Shown here: one piece after another, positions 48,605-62,114 of the stretch
Position numbering within the stretch: the first letter of the stretch is position 1
How the letters are laid out: every line of letters starts with the position of its first letter
NCBI RefSeq assembly: GCF_964188315.1
Contig: NC_135656.1
Coordinates: 120,962,001-121,026,000 of the forward strand
DNA length: 64,000 nucleotides
Origin: Podarcis muralis
Lineage: Eukaryota
Direction of reading: 5' to 3'
Notes under the pieces: generated by a model
Told to the model about the DNA's origin: nothing
What the model saw: the letters and a program-made list of their open reading frames with translations, nothing else
The model's database searches: none
Translations under genes and position numbers: made by a program

Positions 48605-48920
48605 AGGAGGTATTTATGTCACAGTTATTCTCACAAGCTCGTTGCAAGAAGTTACATCACATTGCCCATGATTGTGATGCTTAGAATATAGGTCTCAGGG
48701 GAAATTCCTAGAGCTTTGGTGTGAAGAGAGGAATTAATCATTATGATTGTGATAATTATAAAGGGGAATAAGTTTCCCATTTGCTACCTCTTGGGCTCTC
48801 TGCATGGTGCAATGAGCAGGTGGAGAGCTAGAGAGAAAACGTGTTTCTGAGAAATCACCAATAGGGCTTCATTGTCTGCCATGGACCAGTGAGGGAGCAG
48901 GTGAACTTGGAAAACGTTGT
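48605..48920 (-). promoter_or_regulatory. Conserved V2R upstream module of V2R-C
   Basis: ATTTATG at 48612, TCTCAGGGGA at 48693, TAATTA at 48753. Confidence 0.7.
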
Positions 48921-49011
48921 GGCAATGAAACACTTTCACATTAGGCAGGATGAAAATGTTATTTGTTTTAGACTAGTGGTTCCCAACCTTTTTTTGGCCA
49001 TGCCCCACCTA

Positions 49012-49360
49012 AAGGTAAAAGGACCCCTGACCATTAGGTCCAGTCGTGGCCAACTCTGGGGTTGCGACACTCATCTCGCTTTATTGGCCGAGGGAGCCAG
49101 CGTACAGCTTCTGGGTCATGTGGCCAGCATGACTAAGCCGCTTCTGACGAACCAGAGCAGTGCACAGAAACACCGTTTACCTTCCCGCTGGAGCAGTACC
49201 TATTTATCTACTTGCACTTTGACATGCTTTCGGACTGCTAGGTTGGCAGGAGCAGGGACCGAGCAACGGGAGCTCACCCCGTCGCAGGGATTCGAACCGC
49301 CGACCTTATGATCAGCAAGTCCTAGGCTCTGTGGTTTAACCCACAGCGCCACCTGCGTCC
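49012..49360 (-). mobile_element. Sauria SINE
   Basis: TSD CCCACCTAA; inserted in a hAT-like end (TAGTGGTTCCCAACCTT). Confidence 0.9.
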
Positions 49361-50128
49361 CCACCTAAGCACTTCTAAAATCCTGATTCCCCACCTGAGC
49401 ACCTCTAAAATCCTGATTCCCAACCGATATGTATTTCTTATTACAGTGGTACCTTGGGTTAAGTACTTAATTCATTCTGGAGGTCCATTCTTAACCTGAA
49501 ACTGTTCTTAACCTGAGGTAAAACTTTAGATAATGGGGTCTCCCGATGCTGCTGCGCCACCGCCGCATGATTTCTGTTCTCATCCTGAAGCAAAGTTCTT
49601 AACCCAAGGTACTATTTCTGGGTTAGCGGAGTCTGTAACCTGAAGCGTATGTAACCCGAGGTACCACTGTATTCAAATGTGAACTTCTATTCGTGCAGAG
49701 GAAGCCTAAAAGGCCATTAACTTGGTGTAATTTATTCTCGAATTGCCCCCCTTAAAAATCAAATAGCCCCCCTGAACCATCACCCATATGCTTACCTGGG
49801 GGGCAGTCATCCCTCCCCACCATGCAAAAACTCTTTTGTTGTCTGCTGATAGCCCCATTTCCTACCAGTCATTATAAGACACCAAGTTTGTTAATAATCC
49901 TTCTCTTGTAAAGCACATATTGTGAATTGGTTAGTTGCTCCTCAATAATCTGCACCTCTGCAGTTGCCTTCTGCTTAATCATGCTGTTTTCTAATAGGGA
50001 AAAAATTCTGAAGAAATTTGCAGAGAATGATCACTGGGGCTGGCCGATAGATCATCCAATACCGGTTTGAAGTCCATGTCATGATATCAGTTTCATAATT
50101 TTTGACCTGGCAATATATCGCAAATCAT

Positions 50129-50175
<47 letters not shown>

Positions 50176-51237
50176 TGCAAAAATCACAATGTAGGAGAAA
50201 CTGTGAAGCTGGCAAATGCTTCTCTTGAGTTCTGCATCCCCTGTTAAGTCTGCCGGCTCATCTCTCATCTCTCCCCTGCCTTCTGCAGTGGGCAGCAATT
50301 TAAAAGAGCAGGCGCTGGGAAAAATCATGATGCGGAAAAAAACCATGAAGCCAACCAATGCCTCTGTATAGCTCCATCCTTATTTCAGACACCGTGATAT
50401 ATCGCAGTGTTAACTGGTGATATACTGCAATGTTGAAAACCAGATATTGTGCAGCCCCACTGTTTGCCTCTACATAGCTCCACCTTTATTTCAGACATTG
50501 TGATATATCACAATGTTAAGTTGTTGATATATTGCGATGTTGAAAACCAGATATCAACCAGCCCTAATGCTCACAGGCTCCTTATCGGTACATCTTGTCA
50601 AGGACACTGCAGCTGTTTATACATTTGTGTACCCTTCACATATAATGGGTTGTATCCAGTGCAAGTAGACTCAGTGAAAATTATCAACATGACAAAGCTA
50701 GGAAGTCATCATGATGTTCTGTAGGGTCCAAGTCGTTTAGGGCTCTGCTTGTTAAGATCAGAACTTCAATGGGAAAATTTAACTATGGGCAAACAATGGA
50801 CCCGGTAGAACATTTTGGGGCCATTTGCTCCAGAGGACACAAAACTGCCAGCAGATGCACCTCTACATGTTCTGGAAAACTTCTGAACACTTTTCAAGGA
50901 CATCCATTCCTATACAAAAGCCATTACAGCCATCAAGCTCTAAGGTTATGAAGACACGGCAGTGTCCTTGTAAAGGAGGAGGCAATATCAGATGAAACTT
51001 TATGGAGGTATTGGGAGATAGTTCTTAGAATATTAGAACTGTAGAGTTAAAAGGGTCCAGTGATTCCATTATGGCACCCTGAAAATAACCTACCTCCTCA
51101 GCTACTTCTATCCAGATGCTAACTCTTCTGACAGGGTCTTACCTGCCCTGCTTTCATCAATGATCAGGGGTTTTTTAAATGAAATTACCTAAATATACAT
51201 AAGTTTGCAGAACTGAGTATGTTAGGAATCAGATGCT

Positions 51238-51618
51238 TCACTTCATTTTCATCATGAGATTCTCCTTCGGATTCAGATCAGGCCTAAGCACAATAATGTA
51301 GCACTTGGGAAGGAAGATGCAGCCCAGAAGCCCAGCACTGGAGGCCAAGATAGAGAAGACCTGCACGGCTACCATGTATTTCCCCTTGGTGCTCAGGTAG
51401 GTGAGCACAAAGGAAGCCCAAACATTGCACCAAACCAGCATGCTGAAAGTGATAATCTTGGCTTCATTGAAGGCAGCTTCCTGGCCAGGAAAGCCATTCT
51501 GAAGCAGATGGCAACCAGGAGGCCCATGTAGCCGAGGGCACTGTAAAACATGGCAACAGCTCCTTCATTACATATCAGGATTAAATGGAGTTGGCCAGAC
51601 TCTCCCCCAGCCATTTCC
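51238..51618 (-). pseudogene. Orphan V2R exon-6 3' fragment with two internal deletions
   Basis: [19 protein letters not shown]...LARKLP, then frameshift, then ...[40 protein letters not shown]; no matching exons 1-5 found nearby. Confidence 0.85.
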
Positions 51619-52491
51619 TAGTGTTTCTAGTGCTTTGGCTTCTGTCACAGTGTTCCATGCGCTGCAAGCGATTTAGGCATGCTGGCCACATGACCTGGAA
51701 AGTGGTCTGCAGGCAAACGTCCAGGGGTCCTTTACCTACCAGACCACCTTAATAATCATTCTGGTGTCAATCACACACCTGTTACTGTGCTGCCATCCTT
51801 CAGACATCTCATGGAGGAGGCACACAAAGAAGGGCCTGCTGATAATAGCAAAATGTATCTCGTGAAGAAGTATTATTACGTGTTAAGGAGCAGGGCATGC
51901 TCAGTATGACTATGAAAACTGGATGCAATATTTTTATTTTTATGAGTATAACATCCTCCATCCGTAGATCTTAGGACAGTTCTAAAAAACACAAAATACA
52001 TAATAGAAATAGGAACGAAAACCAATAATCCCCCCTCCCACAACACATTCAAAAGGGCATGGGACATCAATCAGCCCTAGGCCTGGTTGAAGAGGAAGGT
52101 TTTTGCCTAGCACCTAAATTATAAATAATGAAGGCGCAAGGCGAACCTCCCTGGGGAGGGTATTCCTCAAATGAGGAGCCATCACAGAAAAGGCCCGTTC
52201 TCTTGTTGCCACCATCTGGACCTCTCCTGGAGGAGCCACATGAAGAAGGGCTTCAGATGATGAGAGATGGTCCATGAAGTATTGTGATCCTGAGCCTTTT
52301 AATGCTCAGTATCATCACTTAATGCTGTAAGTCCTCATCTCTCCTCTCCTCCTCTGATTAAGGGATTCCTTTTCAAATCCCCTGCCGAGCTACTTTTCTC
52401 CAGTTTCTCCCTCCTCTGCCAGGGAAAAAGGAGCATCTATCATCATCATCATCAAACCTTTTATTGGCATCACATACAAACAGGAGCATCT

Positions 52492-52933
52492 TGTCGGGAA
52501 TCAAGCCCTTCTTATGAGAAGCTGGCAGCAGTCCCAGGCACCCGGCTTGAGTTCCCTGTTGACCTTCCTGGCTGTATTCCCCAGCAGACGCAGGCAAGGT
52601 CTCGATCGGCGATTCTTCTCAAACGTGAGAAGAACACATCCCTCTTTCCTGCCTCCCCAGGCAGGGGAAAGAGATAGACAGAAACGTATTTACATGCTTT
52701 TATTTCTGTCTTTGCAGCGTTACAGAAAACATGACTGCACTCTTCAAAATCCAGCAGTCGACTCACAAACTCCTCCTGTACTTCCTGTACAGCTCATATT
52801 ACACTCAGAAGTAATTCCGGTGCTGCGCACTGTGAAATGACTGCCCCTCTGTTCCCACAGCAGTCCCAACATTCCCATCATGTTTACACTACAGGCTAGG
52901 ACTTTGCAGCTGCATTGCTTCATTATCGTAACA
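52492..52933 (-). mobile_element. Solo LTR (same family as 54597-55046)
   Basis: TG...CA; 5-bp TSD CATCT. Confidence 0.88.
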
Positions 52934-53211
52934 CATCTATCTTCTGACATGCTTGCATCGAGTAAATTGGACAGTGGCCTGACCCCACACATTTCATCAA
53001 CAGCCCATCAATTGAACAGGGTTTAAGAAAGAAATATTTTAAAGTCAAATCTATTCACAGAACTGAAAGTTTTGAGAATAAGAGGCTTCCTTTAGTTAAC
53101 ATCATAATTTAATGGTGAATAAAGGGCTTGGGTCCAGTTTGTGGCTTCTCAGCTTAACAGAACTGCTTACTAAAAATGGCTGCTAACATGAACATCAAAG
53201 AATAAGATGTC

Positions 53212-54113
53212 TCACTTCAATTTCATTGCGAGATGCTCCTTTGTATTCAGATCAGCTCTCAGCACAATAATGTAGCACTTGGGAATGAAGATGCAGCCCA
53301 GAAGCCCAGCACTGGAGGCCAACATAGAGAAGACCTGCACGGCTACCATGTATTTCCCCTTGGTGCTCAGGTAGGTGGGCACAAAGGACACCCAAACGCT
53401 GCAGAAGACCAGCATGCTGAAGGTGATCAGCTTGGCCTCATTGAAGGATCCTGGAAGCTTTCTGGCTAGGAAAGCCACCGTGAAGCAGATGGCAGCCAGG
53501 AAGCCCATGTAGTTGAGGGAACCATAAAACATGGGAACAGACCCTTCATTGCATTGCAGGATGATCTCTCCAGGCTGGGAGTGCATGTCAGACTCTGGGA
53601 ATGGGGGAGAGGTACTCAGCCAGATGGTGCAGATGACAACTTGGACACTGGAACAGGAAATGATAATAGAGTTGGCCAGACTCTTCCCCAGCCATCTTCT
53701 CACCTTGTTCCCTGGCTTTGTAGCCAGGAAGGCCAGCACCACCGTGATGGTTTTTGCCAACACAGAAGAAACAGCAACTGAGAAGATGACACTGAAGGCT
53801 GTTTGTCGGAGAAGGCAGGTCACTTTCCTTGGGCAGCCGATGAAAAGGAAGGAGGACAAGAAGGAAAGCAAGAGAGATACAAGAAGTATGTAGGAGAGGT
53901 CTCGGTTATTGGCTTTGACTATGGGAGTTTCCATGTATTTAATAAAGATGGCAAAAACAAAACCTGTAGTTAAGGAGAGGAATAGGGCAAAAGATGCCAA
54001 TGTGATCCCCAAAGAGTCTTCATAGGCAAGAAAGGTCATAACCTTGGGGACACATTGATTTCGGTGCTTGTTTGGGTGCTGATCGTCTGCACATGTGGTG
54101 CAATAGTCTGCAT
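53212..54113 (-). CDS. V2R-D exon 6 (7TM)
   Basis: [15 protein letters not shown]...[23 protein letters not shown]. Confidence 0.95.
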
Positions 54114-57100
54114 CTGAAAGGAAGATAAGAGAATTCAGTGGTCCTAATGTGTTCTGCCATTCTATCCATTCTTAAGGAAATCAGCCCTGAGTGCTCACTG
54201 GAAGGACAGATCTTGAAGCTGAGGCTCCAATACTTTGGTCACCTCATGAGAAGAGAAGACTCCCTGGAGAAGACCCTGATGTTGGGAAAGATGGAGGGCA
54301 CAAGGAGAAGGGGGCGACAGAGGACGAGATGGTTGGACAATGTTCTCGAAGCTACAAACATGAGTCTGGCCAAACTGCGGGAGGCAGTGGAAGACAGGAG
54401 TGCCTGGCGTGCTCTGGTCCATGGGGTCACGAAGAGTCGGACACGACCAAACGACTAAACAACAACAACAATGTCTTCTGCTACATTCGAAAACATCTAC
54501 GCTTGAAAATCCAGTTCAACTGTGGAACGAACTCCCCTTTTTTGGAGGTTTTCAAGCAGAGGTTGGATGGCCATCTTTCATGGATGCTTTAGTTGATGTT
54601 AGGAAATCAAGCCTTTATCAGGAGAAACTGGCCACTCTCCAGGCACCCGGCTTGATCTCCTGATGACCTCCCTGTCTGCATTCCCAAGCAGGATACAGGC
54701 TAGGTCGCGATCGGCGATCCTCCTCAACGTGAGAAGAACACACCACTCTTCCCTGCTCTCCCCAGGCAGGGGAAAGAGACAGAAAAGTATTTACATGCCT
54801 TTATTTCTGTCTTTGCAGCATTACAGAGAAACACGTCTGCTCTGTTCAAACTCCAACAGCAGAGAGACACAAACTCCACCTCCTGTACTTCCTGTACAGC
54901 TCATATTACACTCTGAGCTAAATCCGGTGCTTTGCACTGTGAATAGACTGTCCCTCTGTTTCCCACGGAACAGTCCCAACATTCCCATTATGTTTTGCCT
55001 TCATGCTAGCAGCTGCTCGCGGCCGCATTGCTTCTATATCGTAACAGTTGAGATTCCTTTATTTGCAGGTGGTTGGTTGGCATCCCTTCTAACCCTGATT
55101 CTATGATTCTCCTTGTGCCCTTTTACATTTACATTTTGTTTATACAGTGGTACCTCAGGTTACAGACGCTTCAGGTTACAGACTCCGCTAACCCAGAAAT
55201 AGTACCTCAGGTTAAGAACTTTACTTCAGGATGAGAACAGAAATTGTGCGGTGGCGGCGGGAGGCCCCATTAGCTAAAGGGGTTCCTCAGGTTAAGAACG
55301 GTTTCAGGTTAAGAACGGACCTCCAGAACGAATTAAATTCTTAGCCCGAGGTACCACCTTATAACACATTCCCTCTCTAACTACCCTTCTCTTTATTCCC
55401 TGTATTTTCTGATGGTTTTAACATGCTGGCCTCTTATATTTCTGAGTAAATCTCTATTCATATTCTCCCAAAGAATGCCTGTATATCACCCACTGGTGCC
55501 ACCACCAGGCCTGCAGTTTGAGAAATCCTGCTTTTTGGAACTTAACATCACAGTAGCCAAGAATGGTTTCACATTCCAAAGACGTATTTAGGATCTTCAC
55601 AGATAATCTCTGCTGAGCAAATCTTCAGCCTATCTTTGATTCCCCAAGGAATGCCTTCTCCCCTTGAGTCACGCACCTTCCTGAGTGGAGATTGTCCCTT
55701 CAGCACACAGAGCACAAGCATAGCAGCAAACCGGTTGTCCTTCTTGAACTACCTTGGCATATCCAGGGCGACAGCTTTCAGTACACCTGGCGCAAGGCAC
55801 AATCTGACAATAGAGTGAAGGAGCATCAAGGGGAAATGGTTAGAGATGTGGAATTGAGTCATGAGGTGTGGAAGGACCCTAACCCCGCCCCCTTTATAGG
55901 TAAATACTGCTGATGCATAAGTATCTAGTTTAGAAACAACTTTTGCTGTCCCAGCAATGGCAGAGCAGAGGAAATATCACAGGCCTGATGATAAACTAGG
56001 ACAGGAACAGGTGTTAAGAAAAGGGAATCTGTGCAGTTTTTATTGGCACTGGGTCTAGGGCACAGAGCCAGAGAGTGATTGATGACTTTTTTAAAAAAAG
56101 ATATTTATTAAAGTTTCAACATTTTACAAAAATAAGAAAAAAAGAAAAAAGAAAATACAAAGTAAAAACAGTTAAAAACAAATCAGTTTTTCCAAATCTT
56201 ATCTTTCATTTGCTTGTTTCCCTGACCTCCTCACACCTCCCTTTTTTGTATTCCAGTTCAATTAGTTAGTTCAGCAAATCCTTTCCCTTTTTGATTTTAT
56301 CTTAATCTTTTATCTTAATATATTATAGCTTTATATTATCACCTGTTAACAAACCATTTTATATATTCCTTTATAACATTGCTACTAAAAACCGCTTAAC
56401 TTCAATCCAACATCATTCTAACATTCATTAATTTTGGAGGGTGATTGATGACTTTATGCAGAGAAATGTCTGGATGTCGGAGCATGGAAACTTTTCATTA
56501 AAAATGTTAAACAAGGATGGTCAGGGATGCATGTTATTAGTTATTGTTGCAGCATTTTTCACCACCAATCAAATCAGGATGCCACTGGGATTTTGCAGAT
56601 TTATATCATACAGAATTATACTGCTCACTCACACACAAAAACACTATTTGCCCTAGTTTATTTTCACATATTTATAAAGCTTTTAAAAAGGGCTTTATTT
56701 TTATAAAGTGACTCATGGGGAAACTAAGTTGGGGAGAGTGTATGGGACCCCACCCCACTCCAGCATGCAGTTGGAGCTCCAACATGGCGGGAAATTACCA
56801 AATTTTCCATTTCAAATCAACTTTCCCAATAGAGTTTATGGTGCGAATTTGGGTGCGGCAGGTGAGGCCTAAATTATAGTCCGCATATGAATTAAATTAA
56901 ATAATTTCCAGGATCATATAGATAAACCCTGTATATAATTTGGGTTTAATAAATCTCAGAGGGAAAGAAGCACATAAAAAATTCCTTTACCTCTTGAAAC
57001 TGCAAGGGCCACACAATGGTTTCTGGGTTAATGGTGAGCTTTAAATGTGAGGCTGCCTGTCTCTCTACACTCCCGACTTTCACTCTGCCACGAGACCCAT

Positions 57101-57297
57101 TGGGAAACAGCACCCAGTTCACAATATCATAGTCCGCTGCCAGGTCTCCATTCTCATCCGAATACAATCCGCCCCTGGAGGTGTTAAACAACTGGACGTT
57201 TCTTAAGAAAGGGTGGAGCTGGACTGACAGGAGAAAAACAGAACTGAGAAAACATGGAAGTCTATTGATCTCTTTTCACTTTTCACTCTAGTCTCCT

Positions 57298-57345
<48 letters not shown>

Positions 57346-60300
57346 TTATTGGATTTTACATTTTTATCATATTACAACATATCAGATCATCAAAATCGTA
57401 CCTACGGGACCGCCTCTCCTGGCATGTCCCACAGAGGAACTTACAGTCTTCAAACAAAAACATCTTGAACGTCCCAGGCCGCAGAGAGGTTAGGCTGGCC
57501 TCAACCAGAGCCAGGGCTTTTTCAGCTGTGGCTCCGATCTGGTGGAACGCTCTGTCACAAGAGACTAGGGCCCTGCGGGACTTGACATCTTTCCTCAGGG
57601 CCTGCAAGACAGAGCTGTTCCACCAGGACGTTGGCCAGGGCACAGCCTGACTCCCTCCTTTGGCAATTCTCACAGAACTCTAGCCTAATTGGTTGCCATT
57701 AATCTGATTTGAATTAATTTTATAATGAAATGATTTTAGAATGTGTATCATTTTATTGTTGTTAGCCGCTCTGAGCCTGGCTTCGGCTGGGGAGGGCGGG
57801 ATATAAATAAAATATTATTATTATTATTAAAATCAACAAGATACACCCCCCCAAAAGAAAAATCAGAAGTTGAGGGAAGTCAGAGGGGGAGGGTGGAAAT
57901 TGGGGGAAAGCTGAGTTGCATTCTTAATTTATCACTAGAGAATGATGACTGGACCATGGAATGTCTTCTGATGCCACCAAAGCAAGCCAAATAGCATTGG
58001 AGAATCACACGTTAGATATGCCTTGGATATGCTATCACGGGTGAGGCAATTGGATTGGATTCTGGGTGCAGGACAAGGATTCAAGGGGGCGGGGAGGAAT
58101 ACCTGCCATGGCTGCAGACGTTCAAGTCCCCACCTGTCCTCTCTACCCATCATCAACACCTGCTTGAATCTGGAAGAATAGGCAGAATTTAAGGCAAGTG
58201 CCACGGCTTGGACACTGCTGTACGTAATGTAGCTGTCTTGGGACAGGGCCCTTTCAACCTCCTCTTGGGGAAGAACCTCCAGTTTCGCTTTCTCTGTGCA
58301 TCTTATCCAACCTTTCATGGGCAATACAGCCTCCGAACATAAACAATGAAATGATTCATCCCAAAATCGTAGTGTTGTGCCCGACCATGGCTTATAGTAT
58401 TCATATTTTGTCCATTTTCTGGTCTTCATTATGAAAGACAAAGAACCATGGATATACTTGAAGGTATTAATATCATAAGATAAGTTCATGTTGATGTCCT
58501 GAAAAGCTGTTGTGATCCAGACTTTCCCCCAAATTTGTACCCTTTTAAGTATCCTTTGTACCATGATGATTGGGTCAAATCGATTGGAAGCGTCCCCGTA
58601 GTAGACAGAGACATTGACTTTTCTCCACATAACAGGTGGCTTCCTCAGTATTAAAATCTGGTACAGAGTCCTTTGTTGTATTTTTTCTGAGAAGGCAACA
58701 CAGATTCCATTGCTGATCATCATAGGTGTTAAGGAACTTAAGAACCTTTCTCCACTGTCATTGTCTGGAGCAAAGAGGCCGATCCATGTCCATCCGAAAT
58801 GCAAGAGCAACTTGACAATCCCCCGGTACTGAATTTCTTCTTTGGGAACCATTTGGTAGGCAAAAGGGAACTGAGTTTTATCAGTAAGAGCAAAACCATA
58901 ACTGAGCTGCGAGGAAAGGAAGAATATCAGATATATGTTAATAACAAGCAAAAAAGGGACTGACTAGACAAGGAGGAGGCTATCAATGATTACTAGCCGC
59001 AAGGACCATGTTCTTCCTCCACTGTTGAAGGCACCATGGTCTTGAAAGCCAGTTGTTGGGAATCAAAAGTTGTAAGAGTGGCTTTTCACTCAGACTGCAC
59101 TTGCAGACTTCCCAGAAGTGGTTTCTGTTCGGCTGAAAATGGGATGCTAGACTAGACTGACTTATAGGCTGAAACAGCTTCAGGGTGTTTCTCATGTTCT
59201 TAGGACACCTCAGGCTATTATAAATAATTTTAAGAGATTCCTTCAAAAAATGGAGAGTACTAGTCATTCTTAAGGAAATAAGCCCTGAGGGCTCACTGGA
59301 AGGACAGATCCTGAAGCTCACTGGAAGGACAGATCCTCCAATACGTTGGCCACCTCATGAGAAGAGAAGACTCCCTGGAAAAGACCCTGATGTTGGGAAA
59401 GATGGAGGGCACAAGGAGAAGGGGATGATGGAGGGCACAAGGAGAAGGGGATGACAGTCGGATAGTGTTCTCGAAGCTACCAGCATGAGTTTGACTAAAC
59501 TGCGGGAGGCAGTGGAAGACAGAAGTGCCTGGCATGCTTTGGTCCATGGGATCACGAAGAGTCAGACACGACTAAACGACTAAACAACAACAACAGAGTC
59601 GAAGCGGAGCTCAGAGGTCCCTCTAATGCAGGAAATCCACCACTGTAGCTTCCCTGACTGGTGACTATCCCAGTCCCTACCTGTGGGATTTTGAAGATGC
59701 CCGACATGCAAGAAACATGGGTAGAAATGTCCGATTCAGCCCCTTCAATAACAGCCAAGAGGTTCTTGCGTCTTCCACAGTTGTAGTTTGGAATATTGCT
59801 TTCCCCACCAGAATGCCCATCCAGCATTGCATTCGAAACCACTCTGCCTTCGAAATAGGTTTCAAAGAGGTTGTAGCCCAAAGTGGTGTTGGGTAAAAGT
59901 GAAGGATCCAGATTAAACTCCTGAACAGCAAGCAAGAAAGACAGGATGTGCCAGTACTTCTGTTCTGAGATACTGCAAAACATTAAATACAGCAGTTGTG
60001 ACAGGCTGCTGTTCTCCAGTCATTGTGGGTGGGGGATGGGAGGGATGCCAAATTCTTTCTTTTTATAAATCGGAAGCCTTTCCAGGCACCATACGCTTCG
60101 AAACAGTGCATCCTCAAATAATTATTCCTATGTTTTTATTGGGGGACAGATACAGACCCTGGTTGCAAGTTGGATATTATTTTGCCACTTCCTTAAAACA
60201 TTGTAGAGTTTATAGTTTGGGATAGAAGGTCCGCAGCCTTCAAAGAACAGAACCAAATATATTTCAGAAGTTTGTGATTTGCTTGGAAGCTGATCAAAGG

Positions 60301-60887
60301 ATGTTATGGATTTGCCGGGTTCCACTTAACTGGGAGTGATCTCCATTTTGCTTATTGGGACTTACTTCTAAGTGGCTGACCACAGAGTAATGTAACTTTC
60401 ACCCTTAGTTATGGGCAATGGAGTCCTTAGCTCAGCCTTTCTCAACCTGTGGGTTCCCAGATGTTGTTGAACTACAACTCCCATCACCCCTAGCTAGCAA
60501 GGCCAGAGCTCAGGGATGATGGGAGTTGTAGTCCAACAACATCTGGGGACCTACAGGTTGAGACCGCCATGGAAACAGACCACCAGAAGGCCTTAAAGAC
60601 TTCTTGAGCCATTTCCCTGCATCTCCCTTCTGGCAGTGAAATTCGCTGACAGCCACAGCAGTGAGGGGGATGTCTTAAGGATGTGGTGGGTTTATGCTTG
60701 GCAACCAAAGAAGAAATCTTCAGTCTGCACTGCCTTTGCCTTAGCAGAGTATAGATTGCTAGGATCAAGGTTGCATATATCATTATAAAAAAGATCTCTT
60801 TGAGAGAACCACTGTCTCCTCACTCTCAATACACAAGCTGAGCCACATCTGGGAGACTAACTCATGAAAGTTATCAACAGCTAACTG

Positions 60888-60942
<55 letters not shown>

Positions 60943-61975
60943 TTATTTATACCCCAACTTCTCGGTTCAGAAAACTGGGCTCAGGGCAGCTAACAACAAA
61001 TTTAAAACACTTAATTGATACAACAACAAAAACAGCATAAAATGCAGTATAAAACGTGAATAACAATAAATTCAGAATTCAAAAATCAATTTAGGGGGAA
61101 ATCCATCCAATAAACATGAGATGATCACCAGGGCTAGCTGGCTAAATTAGTCCTATTTGGGCCAGTGAGGAGACCAGGGGAGAGTTAGCTGTGGGATCCC
61201 AGAGCGGGTAATCTTTATAAAAAGGTGAGGGGGAGAGAAGAAAAGGAAGGGGAATAAAAGATCAGGCTAAGTTCAGATTGAAAGCCATGCGGAATAGCTC
61301 TGTCTTACAGGCCCTGTGGAAGGAAGCTAAATCCTGCAGGGCCCTGGTCTCCACCAGGTTGGAGCCATCACTGAGAAGGCCCTGGCCCTGGTGGAAGATA
61401 ATCTGACTTCCTTAGGGCCCGGGACCTCTAAACTATGATTATTCATGGACCTTAAGGTCCTCTGCGGGACATACCAGGAGAGGCGGTCCCATAAATTCGA
61501 GGGCCCTAAGCCACAAAGAGCTTTAAAGGTCAAAACCAGCACCTTAAACCTGACCCAATACTTCACCGGGATCCAGTGCAACTGGTAAAGCACTGGGTGA
61601 ATATGCTGCCATGTCAGGGACCCTGTGAGGAGCCTCGCTGCAGTATTCTGCACCCACTGGTGTTTCTGGGACAGTTTCAAGGGCAGCCTCGCATAGAGCG
61701 AATTACAGTAGTTGATGTTTCTTTCCAGCAATCAAGTGGCTTATAGTTACTTACTCGGTAATCACGGTTAATGGGGGCCGAGAGAAGTTGTATGGTTTAA
61801 ATAAAGCAGTTTTTGGTGAGATGATCCCACAAATGAGATGGTCCCCTGCCCTGTAATAATTCACTGGCTCATTTTGAAGACGCATCAGATTCACAGAGCA
61901 TTTCCCTGCCTGAGTCCCACAGACAGCCTCAGGCATAAGCAGCAGCAGCAGTGATATCATCCTAGCAGTGACCAT
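53212..61975 (-). CDS. V2R-D: intact vomeronasal type-2 receptor, about 857 aa; closest paralogue of V2R-C
   Basis: Exons 61975-61755, 59972-59681, 58906-58103, 57218-56991, 55803-55677, 54113-53212; total 2574 nt, in frame. Shares intron-4 blocks with V2R-C. Confidence 0.92.
54158..54469 (+). mobile_element. Bov-B 3' fragment
   Basis: TSD AATGT(G/C)TTCTGC; (CAA)n tail. Confidence 0.9.
54597..55046 (-). mobile_element. Solo LTR nested in a CR1 3' end
   Basis: TG...CA; 5-bp TSD GTTGA; flanks rejoin to a CR1 tail ending ATTCTATGATTCT. Confidence 0.88.
55677..55803 (-). CDS. V2R-D exon 5
   Basis: [42 protein letters not shown]; donor G|gtgcgt. Confidence 0.9.
56090..56440 (-). mobile_element. 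L1-type 3' UTR fragment
   Basis: TSD GTGATTGATGACTTT; empty site in V2R-C at about 40545. Confidence 0.7.
56991..57218 (-). CDS. V2R-D exon 4
   Basis: [35 protein letters not shown]...WPLQFQE. Confidence 0.9.
57390..57830 (+). mobile_element. L2 3' fragment (second subfamily; related pieces at 29345-29545 - and 60890-61710 -)
   Basis: [15 protein letters not shown]; [12 protein letters not shown]...[22 protein letters not shown] in the 61327-61731 ORF. Confidence 0.8.
58103..58906 (-). CDS. V2R-D exon 3
   Basis: [23 protein letters not shown]...LQPWQ; 804 nt. Confidence 0.9.
59265..59596 (+). mobile_element. Bov-B 3' fragment with two small internal tandem duplications
   Basis: Starts CATTCTTAAGGAAAT; TCACTGGAAGGACAGATCCT and GATGGAGGGCACAAGGAGAAGGGGAT are each duplicated. 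Confidence 0.88.
59681..59972 (-). CDS. V2R-D exon 2
   Basis: [23 protein letters not shown]...FKIPQ; 292 nt. Confidence 0.9.
61755..61975 (-). CDS. V2R-D exon 1 (start at 61975 or 61960)
   Basis: [20 protein letters not shown]...[15 protein letters not shown]; donor GA|gtaagt. Confidence 0.85.
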
Positions 61976-62114
61976 GATAGGCAGTGACTTCAGTAGCACA
62001 CCTGGGCTCTAGCCATGGATTCAGAGCTAAAGCTAGCAATAAAAAGCTTCCCACCTTCACAGTCCCTGCCTGCCCTGAACCTCAGACCAGGCTCTTGGTG
62101 ATGCTTAACCTTTT

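Noticed and set aside
60434-60565. Near-perfect hairpins as miRNA precursors (also 17450-17547 and 45740-45879)
   Set aside because: Explained as palindromic hAT MITEs with TIRs and 8-bp TSDs; no evidence of processing.
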